Positions 35,814 to 43,872 of a stretch of 45,448 nucleotides of DNA are shown here, in pieces. The notes below the pieces were generated by a model, which was not told where the DNA came from, did not search any database, and saw nothing but the letters and a program-made list of their open reading frames with translations. Position numbers and translations under genes: made by a program. Origin of the DNA: a virus (lineage: Duplodnaviria; Caudoviricetes); IMG/VR virus record IMGVR_UViG_3300032253_000003, positions 1 to 45,448 of that record. One strand, written 5' to 3'. Positions within the stretch are counted from its first letter, which is position 1, and each line of letters begins with the position of its first letter.

Positions 35814-37304
35814 TTAATATCTCCGCTGTTTAGTTTTTTGGTAACGTGATGCCGATCTATCAGCATGAACCACGTTTGGTTTAGTCCATTGATCAGCTTC
35901 TTTAGATTTTGGAATAACCATTAACATCATAACCGAATCACCCATATTTGGCGAGTCTATGTCTAGTTTAGCCATTTCGACCTTAGATAATATCTGTATC
36001 ATACCCGTATTGTTTGGTTTTGTGGGTATTCTGCACAGCTCAGACCTTAGTAATCCCATTTTCTCTATGCTTGATGAGAAGCTAATTAAATCATCTTTAT
36101 CATGCAGGTCTTTCCTCATAACCATTTGATAGGTTTTATATATCCTATCCCGTAGCCTTATGTAATATTGAGCCCTTCTATTCCTAAATACGTCCTGATT
36201 ATCTTTATTCTCTTTCTTGAACCCACCATCATAAGGCTTATCAGGATCTTCAGGGGATTTGCTGCCCTTGAATATAACCATATCTGTTTTTGTTTCTTCT
36301 AGCGCCTGTGATGCCTGTCTTCTTAATGAAATCCCAAGACCATCGCCATCCCATATAAATATATCTGGTCTGTATTCATCGCACTTCTCTAACGCCCAGT
36401 CCATTCCCTCATTTACATCGCCATAATCCATATCATCAGCAGCTTCAACTACAATCCCATGCCGATAAGCAAACCCTTTATTATCATTACCCTCATCGGA
36501 TGGGTCATGGGCAAGTACTTTGGCTCCCCTGGCTGGTATACCAAGCTTTATATGCGCATCTATACAGGCATCAAACCATTCAGGCTTAATAATAGCCCTG
36601 TCAACAGAGTCGTTGTAGTCGCCCTCCCATATATGATCATACTCAGCTCTTGATAGATTATTAAAGTCATCGCTTCTTTCTTGCTCTAGCTCAGGAGGAA
36701 ACCACGGATTATCCCGCCAGTTAACATCAACAATCATCATCAAGTCATCTTCATAATAGCCCGTTGATTTTAGTGACTTCTCGGCTCTCTTTAGATATTT
36801 TTTTGATATAGCATCATTAGATGAGCCCCGGTTCATTGTTATCCATATCTCGGGTGGCTCTTCGCCTGCTTCGTTAGATGATGCGCTTGATCGAATTGAC
36901 GGGGTTAATACCCTTAAGCTGCTGTCGCTTACTGATTCTCCCTCTTCAATCCACAATCTTTTTACGCCAGCCAATGATTTTAATGAGGTTATGTTACGTG
37001 CTAGACCTTTATAGAATATGTTGCCACCCGAATGGCTTCTTATCTCATCACGCATAACCGTGAAACCATCAGCACCAAGCCTATCAATCTCCTGCTTTAG
37101 TCCCTCATGTACAGAATCATCTATTGAGTTTTGAAATTCACGTGAGCAGCAAATTCTTTCGCCCTGGTCTGCAAACATCAGCATAATATCGCCAACGCCT
37201 ATTGATTTTGTTGAACCACGGCCACCGACTGCAATCTTTACCCGTTTAGGCTTAGTTAATAACCAAGCTATCTTGTCGGTTATCCTTAGATTAATCTCTT
37301 TCAT
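35814..37304 (-). CDS. terL: Terminase large subunit (PBSX-like)
   Basis: GGRGSTKS Walker A, REFQNSI.DSV, WIEE Walker B, NWRDNPWFP, HIWEG, SPNMGD. Confidence 0.96.
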   Translation of the reverse strand: MKEINLRITDKIAWLLTKPKRVKIAVGGRGSTKSIGVGDIMLMFADQGERICCSREFQNSIDDSVHEGLKQEIDRLGADGFTVMRDEIRSHSGGNIFYKGLARNITSLKSLAGVKRLWIEEGESVSDSSLRVLTPSIRSSASSNEAGEEPPEIWITMNRGSSNDAISKKYLKRAEKSLKSTGYYEDDLMMIVDVNWRDNPWFPPELEQERSDDFNNLSRAEYDHIWEGDYNDSVDRAIIKPEWFDACIDAHIKLGIPARGAKVLAHDPSDEGNDNKGFAYRHGIVVEAADDMDYGDVNEGMDWALEKCDEYRPDIFIWDGDGLGISLRRQASQALEETKTDMVIFKGSKSPEDPDKPYDGGFKKENKDNQDVFRNRRAQYYIRLRDRIYKTYQMVMRKDLHDKDDLISFSSSIEKMGLLRSELCRIPTKPNNTGMIQILSKVEMAKLDIDSPNMGDSVMMLMVIPKSKEADQWTKPNVVHADRSASRYQKTKQRRY

Positions 37305-37719
37305 TTGGCTTGGTTGTAACTGGGTGAATGTGCCATTCGTTCTTTACTGGGCCCCCGCCCTTGCCTGCTATTTCTTTCTTATCTGTAATTAATCCGTGTA
37401 TCTTAGCCTTGCCAAGTATTGCGCTTGTCATAGCTGCTGGCTGCTTTTCGACCTTAGCCAAATCCTTGGCTTCATCCAGCTCTTTTGTTATCGAATCAAT
37501 GGTTACATTATGTCTATCCCTGTGCTCTTCTTGTAGCTCCAACACCCTTGCTGACACCTTGGGGCTTGCAAATAACCTACATGCCTCCTCCCAAACTGTC
37601 TTTGTAGACATATTTTCAGCATTATAAGCTATTCTATATGCTTCTGATTGGTTTCCACCGCATTCAATATAAGCTTGACATGCTGCCTCTTTCTTGTCAG
37701 TCCATTTGTCTACTGTCAT
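37291..37719 (-). CDS. terS: Terminase small subunit
   Basis: GNQSEAYR.AY, A.RL...PKV.ARV.EL, GKGGGP; directly upstream of terL. Confidence 0.9.
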   Translation of the reverse strand: MTVDKWTDKKEAACQAYIECGGNQSEAYRIAYNAENMSTKTVWEEACRLFASPKVSARVLELQEEHRDRHNVTIDSITKELDEAKDLAKVEKQPAAMTSAILGKAKIHGLITDKKEIAGKGGGPVKNEWHIHPVTTKPNERD

Positions 37720-37720
37720 T

Positions 37721-38158
37721 CTAGCTATCCATCATTCTGAATCTATTGGGCTCATTAAGTAAATCACCGCTATAATCAAAGGCGCTTAGAACTTGCCGAT
37801 TATTAACTAATCCATTTATTTTAGCATGCTTTAATACCATATTCACATGCCTTGAAATTACTGTCGCCTTATCATATGGGGTCATTCCGGTGAACTGGCC
37901 CTTATCCATTTGCAAGACGTCGTGCCATTCTCTGCCTTCTGACGTGACGTTTATTCTTACCCAGTAAATATCCTTGTAGAAATCGTATTGGTGTCCGGCG
38001 ATGAGCTGTATATTGCTACACGAAGACATCAAGCTTTTAGGCTCTCCGACGACTTTCTTTAGTTCGCTAGATGTTTCTTTTGCCAATACTGAAGGCGTTG
38101 CGGCTATTCCTGCAATTGCGCCTAGTGTTTTTATAAAGCTTCTTCGACTTATGCTCAT
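37721..38158 (-). CDS. Protein with twin-arginine (Tat) signal peptide
   Basis: MSISRRSFIKTLGAIAGIAATPSVLA matches S-R-R-x-F-L/I-K plus hydrophobic region and VLA cleavage site. Confidence 0.8.
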   Translation of the reverse strand: MSISRRSFIKTLGAIAGIAATPSVLAKETSSELKKVVGEPKSLMSSCSNIQLIAGHQYDFYKDIYWVRINVTSEGREWHDVLQMDKGQFTGMTPYDKATVISRHVNMVLKHAKINGLVNNRQVLSAFDYSGDLLNEPNRFRMMDS

Positions 38159-38167
38159 TTTATCCCC

Positions 38168-38356
38168 TTAACTTGTCATGCCAGATGGTAATAATATGAT
38201 GTCACTACCATCAATTAGCTTTACCTTCGAATATATAGCGTCAATTAGCTCCATAGCTTGCTGCGTCGAAAGCTCAACATGGCTTAAATCCCTATCGAAC
38301 TGAATGAAAACCTTTTTATTTGCAACGTCTACGCTCATTCCTACTTGTTTGCTCAT
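38168..38356 (-). CDS. Hypothetical protein
   Basis: ORF downstream of a TATAAT box. Confidence 0.65.
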   Translation of the reverse strand: MSKQVGMSVDVANKKVFIQFDRDLSHVELSTQQAMELIDAIYSKVKLIDGSDIILLPSGMTS

Positions 38357-38415
38357 AATTTAGCCTTGAGTTTAATATTTATTATAGCGCTAATCGCTTG
38401 ATATGTCTGTTTTTA

Positions 38416-38841
38416 CTACCCATTCTTACACTGGGCGAAGTGAGTTGATTTATGATTTCTGTTTACATCATCAGTTGCACCATCATCATGCAGTAAAAAA
38501 TGTATCATTTCATGCCCTAGCCAGTTATTTATTTCATTTACTTCGATCTCTATAACTTTGTCGTGTGGGTGATACATGCCGCTCTTAGGGTTTAAACTTC
38601 CATCTTCTACAATAGCAATGTATGGCCCAGGTGATACGCTTAAGCCGGTACAGGCTTGAACAGCATTCCATATCTTTACGAATTGATTTATATCAAGGTT
38701 TTCAATGTTTGCGGTGTAGTCTTTGATTCTTAGCCCTGTTTCGCTGTCTTGCTGGTCAAAATCAGTGGTATCTCGGCATGATCCGCAGTACTGCTCACAC
38801 CCGGTTAGCATAATAATGGTAATAATTAGTATTGTTTTCAT
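38416..38841 (-). CDS. Lipoprotein with HExxH zinc-metallopeptidase motif
   Basis: Lipobox LTGC (Cys15); WLGHEMIHFLL, later H. Confidence 0.7.
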   Translation of the reverse strand: MKTILIITIIMLTGCEQYCGSCRDTTDFDQQDSETGLRIKDYTANIENLDINQFVKIWNAVQACTGLSVSPGPYIAIVEDGSLNPKSGMYHPHDKVIEIEVNEINNWLGHEMIHFLLHDDGATDDVNRNHKSTHFAQCKNG

Positions 38842-38851
38842 TTTATTTTCC

Positions 38852-38935
38852 TTATGTCATTGCTAAAACTATGAGGGCGATTGTTAGGGCTCCAGCCATC
38901 ATAAACAATAAAATTCCGGTCTGTCTTTGCTTCAT
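38852..38935 (-). CDS. 27-aa single-TM peptide (not in ORF track)
   Basis: MKQRQTGILLFMMAGALTIALIVLAMT; ATGA overlap with upstream stop. Confidence 0.5.
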   Translation of the reverse strand: MKQRQTGILLFMMAGALTIALIVLAMT

Positions 38936-39117
38936 TTCGATTCTAACTTATTTAAGTTTGACAGTTTATTTGCTAAGTCATAGGCCAGAGATACGCATTC
39001 ATGCCGAGTATTGCGCTCTATCTCCATTGCAAGCATCATGAGGTATCTATCTGCGTCTTCCTCTACAATTGATTTTTTGTATATATCGCAAATCTTCTTT
39101 AACTCATCTTTGTTCAT
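38932..39117 (-). CDS. Hypothetical protein
   Basis: ATGA overlaps both sides. Confidence 0.65.
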   Translation of the reverse strand: MNKDELKKICDIYKKSIVEEDADRYLMMLAMEIERNTRHECVSLAYDLANKLSNLNKLESK

Positions 39118-39368
39118 TTCTTCACCTTCCCGTACTTCTTAACCACCCATGAGCATTTAATATGCTTGTAATAATATTTTTTGTTTTCTTTGCAATAGTT
39201 ATACTTTTTATGGGCTGCTGCTTTCGTTAGCCAGCTTTCAGGGGTAACCGGCTTAATCTCAAACACTTTAGCATCAACTACCGTCGAATAGGAACACATC
39301 GTCAATATAATAAATCCTGCTAAAGCTATTATTGCTAATAGTAGCCAGGTGTTTGGGGTGTCTTTCAT
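39114..39368 (-). CDS. Signal-anchored basic protein
   Basis: WLLLAIIALAGFIILTMC hydrophobic segment; GGAG RBS. Confidence 0.65.
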   Translation of the reverse strand: MKDTPNTWLLLAIIALAGFIILTMCSYSTVVDAKVFEIKPVTPESWLTKAAAHKKYNYCKENKKYYYKHIKCSWVVKKYGKVKK

Positions 39369-39397
39369 TATTTAGTCTCCGTTAGTCTGATTAATCG

Positions 39398-39646
39398 TTA
39401 TATGTCGCGCAACCTTGCAGTTATTTTGTCGTATTGGTAGTTAAGAACACCTTCAATTGCCTCAATTACTTCAGTCTTCAACCCATCCAAACAAATACTA
39501 AACACTGAATCCTGTTCAAGTAAAACAAAAGAATCCGTATCGATACCATCTTCACAATTAATTTCAACAATGCTCTCCTTTGCATTCTGCACACGCCTAA
39601 ATTTTTTTATTAAATTTTCAGCTTCATCTATCTTGTCTATATTCAT
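39398..39646 (-). CDS. Hypothetical protein
   Basis: ATGA overlap. Confidence 0.65.
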   Translation of the reverse strand: MNIDKIDEAENLIKKFRRVQNAKESIVEINCEDGIDTDSFVLLEQDSVFSICLDGLKTEVIEAIEGVLNYQYDKITARLRDI

Positions 39647-39930
39647 GTCTTTGTGTCCTCGTATATTTTAATTAAGCACTGACGAATAGCTTCTGTTTGC
39701 TCTTTTTTTGTATTCGCCTTTCCATTATCGCATATGCTTTTTATTCCAATAGCCACGGGGTCAATTCCATGCTTCCAAGCCAGTGGCATCATTAGATTTA
39801 AGTCGTTGTATGGATCATATAACCTTGGCATTGCCTCATCAGGGAAATACACAAATAGCTCAGGGTATTCGCTATCTATCTCAAAACCTTCCAGCTCAGC
39901 CATTTTGCGGTTAAAGTCTTGTGGGTTCAT
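39643..39930 (-). CDS. NinX-like protein
   Basis: NRKMAELEG ... YDPYNDLNLMMPLAWKHGI resembles NinX-type proteins. Confidence 0.5.
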   Translation of the reverse strand: MNPQDFNRKMAELEGFEIDSEYPELFVYFPDEAMPRLYDPYNDLNLMMPLAWKHGIDPVAIGIKSICDNGKANTKKEQTEAIRQCLIKIYEDTKT

Positions 39931-40244
39931 TTGCTTATCACCTTGATGGCCTCTAAAAGCCCCTCATTAAATCCTTTTCCAGTATCTGTTAAATTCCCAG
40001 CGATAAGCTTATCCGCAATCTTCTCGATAAGCTCAGCCTTTAGGGTGTCGGTGTATCTGGTATTCCAATTAATAATGGCTTTCTCTTCTGTTGAAAAGCC
40101 TTCATCTAACGGTATCCCTCCACGACAAACAAGATCGGCGCATAAGATTTGATGATCGCCATCGCCTTCACCAAAATAATCAAATTCAGCTTCTCCGCCA
40201 CAAAAAGGGCACGGCTTTAACTTATCACTCATCACTATCACCAA
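39927..40244 (-). CDS. Lar-family restriction-alleviation-like Zn-finger protein
   Basis: LKPCPFCGGEA ... C..C ... AI.NWNTR; true start may be the internal MSDK. Confidence 0.75.
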   Translation of the reverse strand: MVIVMSDKLKPCPFCGGEAEFDYFGEGDGDHQILCADLVCRGGIPLDEGFSTEEKAIINWNTRYTDTLKAELIEKIADKLIAGNLTDTGKGFNEGLLEAIKVISK

Positions 40245-40542
40245 AAATAATTCCGCGAATCAAAACATAATCAATATGATTTACTTTCATATGCTGCTTA
40301 GATTCCACTATTTTTTTCCATATTGCTTTTCGCTGTTCTTGCATGGCTTTCTGGTGCTTAGTAATTAATGCCTCAATAGCAGCCTCTAATACTTTAGTGT
40401 TTTGCTGGTCTTGCTGCATAAGCGCTTTCTGGTGTTCGGCTTCTGTGTAGGTTTTAGGCTCTGGTAAACTATGAAAGCCGCCAGTCATAGGGCAAAGCAT
40501 ACTTAAATTATTTGACTCTTGGTCACATGCAATACACTTCAT
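40225..40542 (-). CDS. Hypothetical protein
   Basis: Likely start MKCIAC at 40542 after GGAG. Confidence 0.6.
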   Translation of the reverse strand: MKCIACDQESNNLSMLCPMTGGFHSLPEPKTYTEAEHQKALMQQDQQNTKVLEAAIEALITKHQKAMQEQRKAIWKKIVESKQHMKVNHIDYVLIRGIIFGDSDE

Positions 40543-40607
40543 TTCTGCTTGCTCCACTCAATTAAATACGATTCATGGTCTGTTAGTTTACTCATGTTAT
40601 TACCTAT

Positions 40608-40793
40608 TTATATATTGTTTTCTTTCATATATTTACGTAATTCATGGCAACATTTAGCTATATGATACTCAGGCCCACATATCTCATCTACACCATGACG
40701 CTGACCTTTTTTGTGGTGAAGATCTTTACATGTCGTTTTTTCAGCCACATTAATAACCTCGTTAAAGCAAAACCTTAGCTGTTTTTTATTCAC
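40608..40793 (-). CDS. Hypothetical protein
   Basis: GTG start after AAGGT. Confidence 0.6.
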   Translation of the reverse strand: MNKKQLRFCFNEVINVAEKTTCKDLHHKKGQRHGVDEICGPEYHIAKCCHELRKYMKENNI

Positions 40794-40810
40794 TTTCTTT
40801 CTACCTTATA

Positions 40811-40907
40811 TGGTGCGCCGGGAGGGGATCGAACCCTCACCGCTAACGTCTTAGCTTTTCCTCGACCTCGTTCAGAAGAGTGACTATACCAATTTGTCTA
40901 CCGGCGC
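40811..40907 (-). tRNA. tRNA-like gene (Leu-type scaffold) with aberrant anticodon arm
   Basis: GCGCCGG/CCGGCGC-A-CCA acceptor, GAC/GUC D-stem with GG, GAGGG-UUCGAUC-CCCUC T-arm, variable hairpin; anticodon loop 16 nt in best register. Confidence 0.8.
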
Positions 40908-40945
40908 GTGTTTGTTAATTAGCTACCTGGCCTTGTGTTATTTGT

Positions 40946-41242
40946 TTAATCCGCTTTGGCTGGATATGGTCTACATTTATCACACACATCACAAAAATCA
41001 TGCACTCTTCCGCTTCTTAATATTATCGGCACCCATTTATGCTTTTCTCCATTTAACTTGCAATCTGGTTCTGAGTGATGATCAACCGAAAAGCTTTGAT
41101 GGATATGATAAAACTTTCCACAATTGCTACATTCTTCCGTTCTTTCATCTTCTGAAAAATCTTCATGATCTGGTTGGTATTCGTGTTTGCAATATGGACA
41201 AATCACATTATCACCATCTATTTCATCTGTGTAATCACTCAT
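40946..41242 (-). CDS. Multi-CxxC acidic protein between the two tRNA-like genes
   Basis: CPYC, CSNC, CDVC. Confidence 0.75.
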   Translation of the reverse strand: MSDYTDEIDGDNVICPYCKHEYQPDHEDFSEDERTEECSNCGKFYHIHQSFSVDHHSEPDCKLNGEKHKWVPIILRSGRVHDFCDVCDKCRPYPAKAD

Positions 41243-41273
41243 TTCTTAATCCCCGTCTATTAATATTCTCAAG

Positions 41274-41370
41274 TTTGGGTGGCAGGATTCGAACCTGCAA
41301 TATCCGTAGCTGCTGGATAAGGGAAGCGCTCTACTGTAGTCCCTAGTGTCTACCGTTCCACCACACCCAA
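41274..41370 (-). tRNA. tRNA-like gene (Leu-UAA-type scaffold) with 15-nt anticodon loop, no encoded CCA
   Basis: UUGGGUG/CACCCAA-A acceptor, GUGGAACGGUAGACAC D-arm, AGGGA/UCCCU anticodon stem, UAUCC/GGAUA variable stem, GCAGG-UUCGAAU-CCUGC T-arm. Confidence 0.85.
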
Positions 41371-41400
41371 GCCTCAAAATACTTGTTTGTTACTGTATAG

Positions 41401-41580
41401 TTACTTATTGCCTAATGCTTTTAAATCAGCCATTAACTCTTGATTTTTAGCAATGCAAATTGCAGCAAATCTGTAACGAGTCCATTGCATTGGCGCATTA
41501 TCATCAATAATCTAACATAACGCCCATGCAATGCGGTCCTCTGTACTGGCTGTTTCTTTATCGTATGGTTCAAAGCTCAT
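41401..41580 (-). pseudogene. 59-codon ORF interrupted by in-frame TAG at codon 23
   Basis: AGGTG RBS; MSFEPYDKETASTEDRIAWALC*IIDDNAPMQWTRYRFAAICIAKNQELMADLKALGNK. Confidence 0.5.
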
Positions 41581-41600
41581 ATTATTTCACCTATTAATGG

Positions 41601-42008
41601 TTAAACCGCTACACCAAGTCTTATGGCTGCTTCTTTTACTATTAAAATATCTTCTCCATATCCCCACGGGTTTTTAAATCCGTTGTCCATGTCAGTCTGA
41701 AAATATTCTTTGCGCATGGTTTTGCCTTTTGTCACAAAATCACGGAGGCATTCAATTATCATCTTTAATGTCCCGCCACCAGTAAAGCCATTCCACCGGC
41801 GGTAATACGTGTGGGTGTATATCCGCTTTTTAGTATAATAATCAATAAAAAAAACACGCCCACTTTCCGATAATTCAAGGTACGAAACAAACGGCTTAGG
41901 TTCTTTATTCTGCATATCTGAATTAGATGATAAAAAATTCCTGCCGCAACTTGCTATAACTTTAATAAATTCATTTGCCACCAATAGCCTTTCTTGCTTA
42001 TTCATCAC
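41601..42008 (-). CDS. Hypothetical phage protein
   Basis: IASCGRNF...WNGFTGGGTL...WGY recurrent phage family. Confidence 0.75.
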   Translation of the reverse strand: MMNKQERLLVANEFIKVIASCGRNFLSSNSDMQNKEPKPFVSYLELSESGRVFFIDYYTKKRIYTHTYYRRWNGFTGGGTLKMIIECLRDFVTKGKTMRKEYFQTDMDNGFKNPWGYGEDILIVKEAAIRLGVAV

Positions 42009-42023
42009 CTACCACCTAAGTTA

Positions 42024-42470
42024 TTAATGGTTAAACCGTGAAGGCCAGGGAACTGATAACCCGTTAAAATTATCAATTACTGACAGATTCAAATTATCGT
42101 AAATCATGCACATTTCTTTATTAGATAAATTGGTAGTGCTTATTTGTTTATTCCCTTTTTTATCTAATTTAACTTTATTTGGGAACATTGCCTTAGCAAT
42201 GCGCTTAAACATGCACTCTTTCACTATCTCTTGTGTAAATTGCATGTCTATTTTTATTGACTCTTGAACTGTATAGCCGCCAGCATTAAGAGCGTTAGCC
42301 AGATCATTAAAATACTGATGAGCGCAACTATTCATCTTTTTGTTTCGCGGCTCATCAGTAACATCGAAGCTAACAATATCACCTGCCTTCTTACCAGCCA
42401 TCCAGTTAAGCGTATCCTGATTATTTGGGATAAGCTCAAGATCATCAGATAATTTAAATAATGCTTTCAT
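42024..42470 (-). CDS. NinB/YbcN-like protein
   Basis: R...N...H.YF.DLA, STTNL...EM, VPWP resemble NinB-like proteins. Confidence 0.6.
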   Translation of the reverse strand: MKALFKLSDDLELIPNNQDTLNWMAGKKAGDIVSFDVTDEPRNKKMNSCAHQYFNDLANALNAGGYTVQESIKIDMQFTQEIVKECMFKRIAKAMFPNKVKLDKKGNKQISTTNLSNKEMCMIYDNLNLSVIDNFNGLSVPWPSRFNH

Positions 42471-42531
42471 TTCTATTAATGTCTGTGTCTATGGTTGATG
42501 GGTTGATGTAGTAGAGTTCCTTACTCATTAT

Positions 42532-42690
42532 TCACACACTATGGTAAATCGCTACCGAACATATACAAATTGGTATATTTATCAGTGCTGCATTTAAAAG
42601 CTGGCCTTCATTAGCCCAGCCAACCCCGAATATTGTTGATACAACACCCGCTAGAACTGGAATAAGTACTAAAAATATAAATGCTTTCAC
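42532..42690 (-). CDS. 52-aa two-TM protein (not in ORF track)
   Basis: GTGA overlap; MKAFIFLVLIPVLAGVVSTIFGVGWANEGQLLNAALINIPICICSVAIYHSV. Confidence 0.55.
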   Translation of the reverse strand: MKAFIFLVLIPVLAGVVSTIFGVGWANEGQLLNAALINIPICICSVAIYHSV

Positions 42691-42914
42691 TCTTCCCACC
42701 TAAAATATTCATTTTTAACAAGGGCCATTAAACTCACATACTCTGTTCTGCCATAAACAAGATCGTCCACTACCCACACATGATCCCTATACTCGATTGT
42801 TATATCATCGCGCCAGAATCTAACTCTTCCGCCGGTGTCAGGCTCACACTTAAGTAAACATGAGGTGACTATGCTAAACGTTAGGGCTGGGGCTTCGTCA
42901 TTCATTAATATCAC
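42687..42914 (-). CDS. Hypothetical protein
   Basis: ORF in leftward operon. Confidence 0.55.
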   Translation of the reverse strand: MILMNDEAPALTFSIVTSCLLKCEPDTGGRVRFWRDDITIEYRDHVWVVDDLVYGRTEYVSLMALVKNEYFRWEE

Positions 42915-42920
42915 TTTGAT

Positions 42921-43061
42921 TCATAAGCTAAACAACTTCTTAATCTTTTCCTTGATTATTTTATGGATTACTTTTGGTGCAAATATTCCACGAACCTCCT
43001 TTAATCCTGCTGCGTCTTTCTTTGCTCTGAACTTCTGACTTGCTTCTGTGTTTTTATTCAT
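42921..43061 (-). CDS. 46-aa basic putative DNA-binding protein (not in ORF track)
   Basis: MNKNTEASQKFRAKKDAAGLKEVRGIFAPK...; promoter immediately upstream. Confidence 0.6.
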   Translation of the reverse strand: MNKNTEASQKFRAKKDAAGLKEVRGIFAPKVIHKIIKEKIKKLFSL

Positions 43062-43176
43062 ACTTATATTATATGCCTTGCGCGCAATTAATCAAGCTAT
43101 TTGCTGCTTTACTGACAAACGGTTACTTAATCACCTGGCTTTATTGTGTATACCTGCTTGTCTTTTGCTGGTTTCA

Positions 43177-43329
43177 CTATGTTACTGGTGCCCAGTTAAT
43201 TTTTTCTTCATGAAACCAGCATCCATAGCATGGGCTATCTGGTTCTTTCGACGCCTCGACTATTGATTTTTCAGGATTGTTTTTACAGTCTACGCAATAA
43301 CCTTCTCGCGACTTTGTTGAATCTTGCAT
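43177..43329 (-). CDS. 50-aa CxxC protein (not in ORF track)
   Basis: GAGG RBS; CVDC and CYGC. Confidence 0.55.
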   Translation of the reverse strand: MQDSTKSREGYCVDCKNNPEKSIVEASKEPDSPCYGCWFHEEKINWAPVT

Positions 43330-43343
43330 TGTATTACCCTCTA

Positions 43344-43559
43344 TTAGCAAACTGTTATATGGTTATCTGAGTCAACTTCATAAACTTTTATACCGAAAAA
43401 CTCCATTCTTTTGTTTAATTTTGGCTGGGAATGATGCGCATTATCTTGCGCCCATATTAAAAGCTCCTTTTTCTCATTCCGTCCTAAATAAATCTTAGTT
43501 GGCTCTTTTCCATAATTAGTTAAATACCATCTTATTGCGTCTCGCAGTCCATCAGACAT
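43344..43559 (-). CDS. Hypothetical protein
   Basis: GAGG RBS. Confidence 0.7.
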   Translation of the reverse strand: MSDGLRDAIRWYLTNYGKEPTKIYLGRNEKKELLIWAQDNAHHSQPKLNKRMEFFGIKVYEVDSDNHITVC

Positions 43560-43563
43560 CTAC

Positions 43564-43839
43564 TTACCCTCTGTTAGTTGTTATTTCAAAATCACTAAAA
43601 TCCATTCCTGAATTGTCCAGGCACTCCTTATCTGTCTCTATTAAGTAATCCCATCCGGCTTCTAATATCTTTGTATAATTAATAATCTGCCATTTCCAGC
43701 CTTCGTCACACATTACCCTCATACATTTTCGAGTTACTTGAGTGTCAATATCAAAAATAACACCATAATTGCTGCCTAAACCATTTCTCAATGACCAGAA
43801 TTTCAAATTCACTTGACTATACATTTTTGGTAGCTTCAT
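43564..43839 (-). CDS. Hypothetical protein
   Basis: GAGG RBS. Confidence 0.7.
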   Translation of the reverse strand: MKLPKMYSQVNLKFWSLRNGLGSNYGVIFDIDTQVTRKCMRVMCDEGWKWQIINYTKILEAGWDYLIETDKECLDNSGMDFSDFEITTNRG

Positions 43840-43872
43840 CTTCTCTTACCTCAGTTGTTGTTTAATCAGTCT

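Noticed and set aside
1740-43266. Many opposite-strand or nested ORFs in the track (e.g. 1940-2257, 3180-3599, 8577-8951, 21333-21647, 27831-28145, 40894-41346)
   Set aside because: Shadow ORFs overlapping better-supported genes or tRNA-like genes, without RBS or recognisable motifs.
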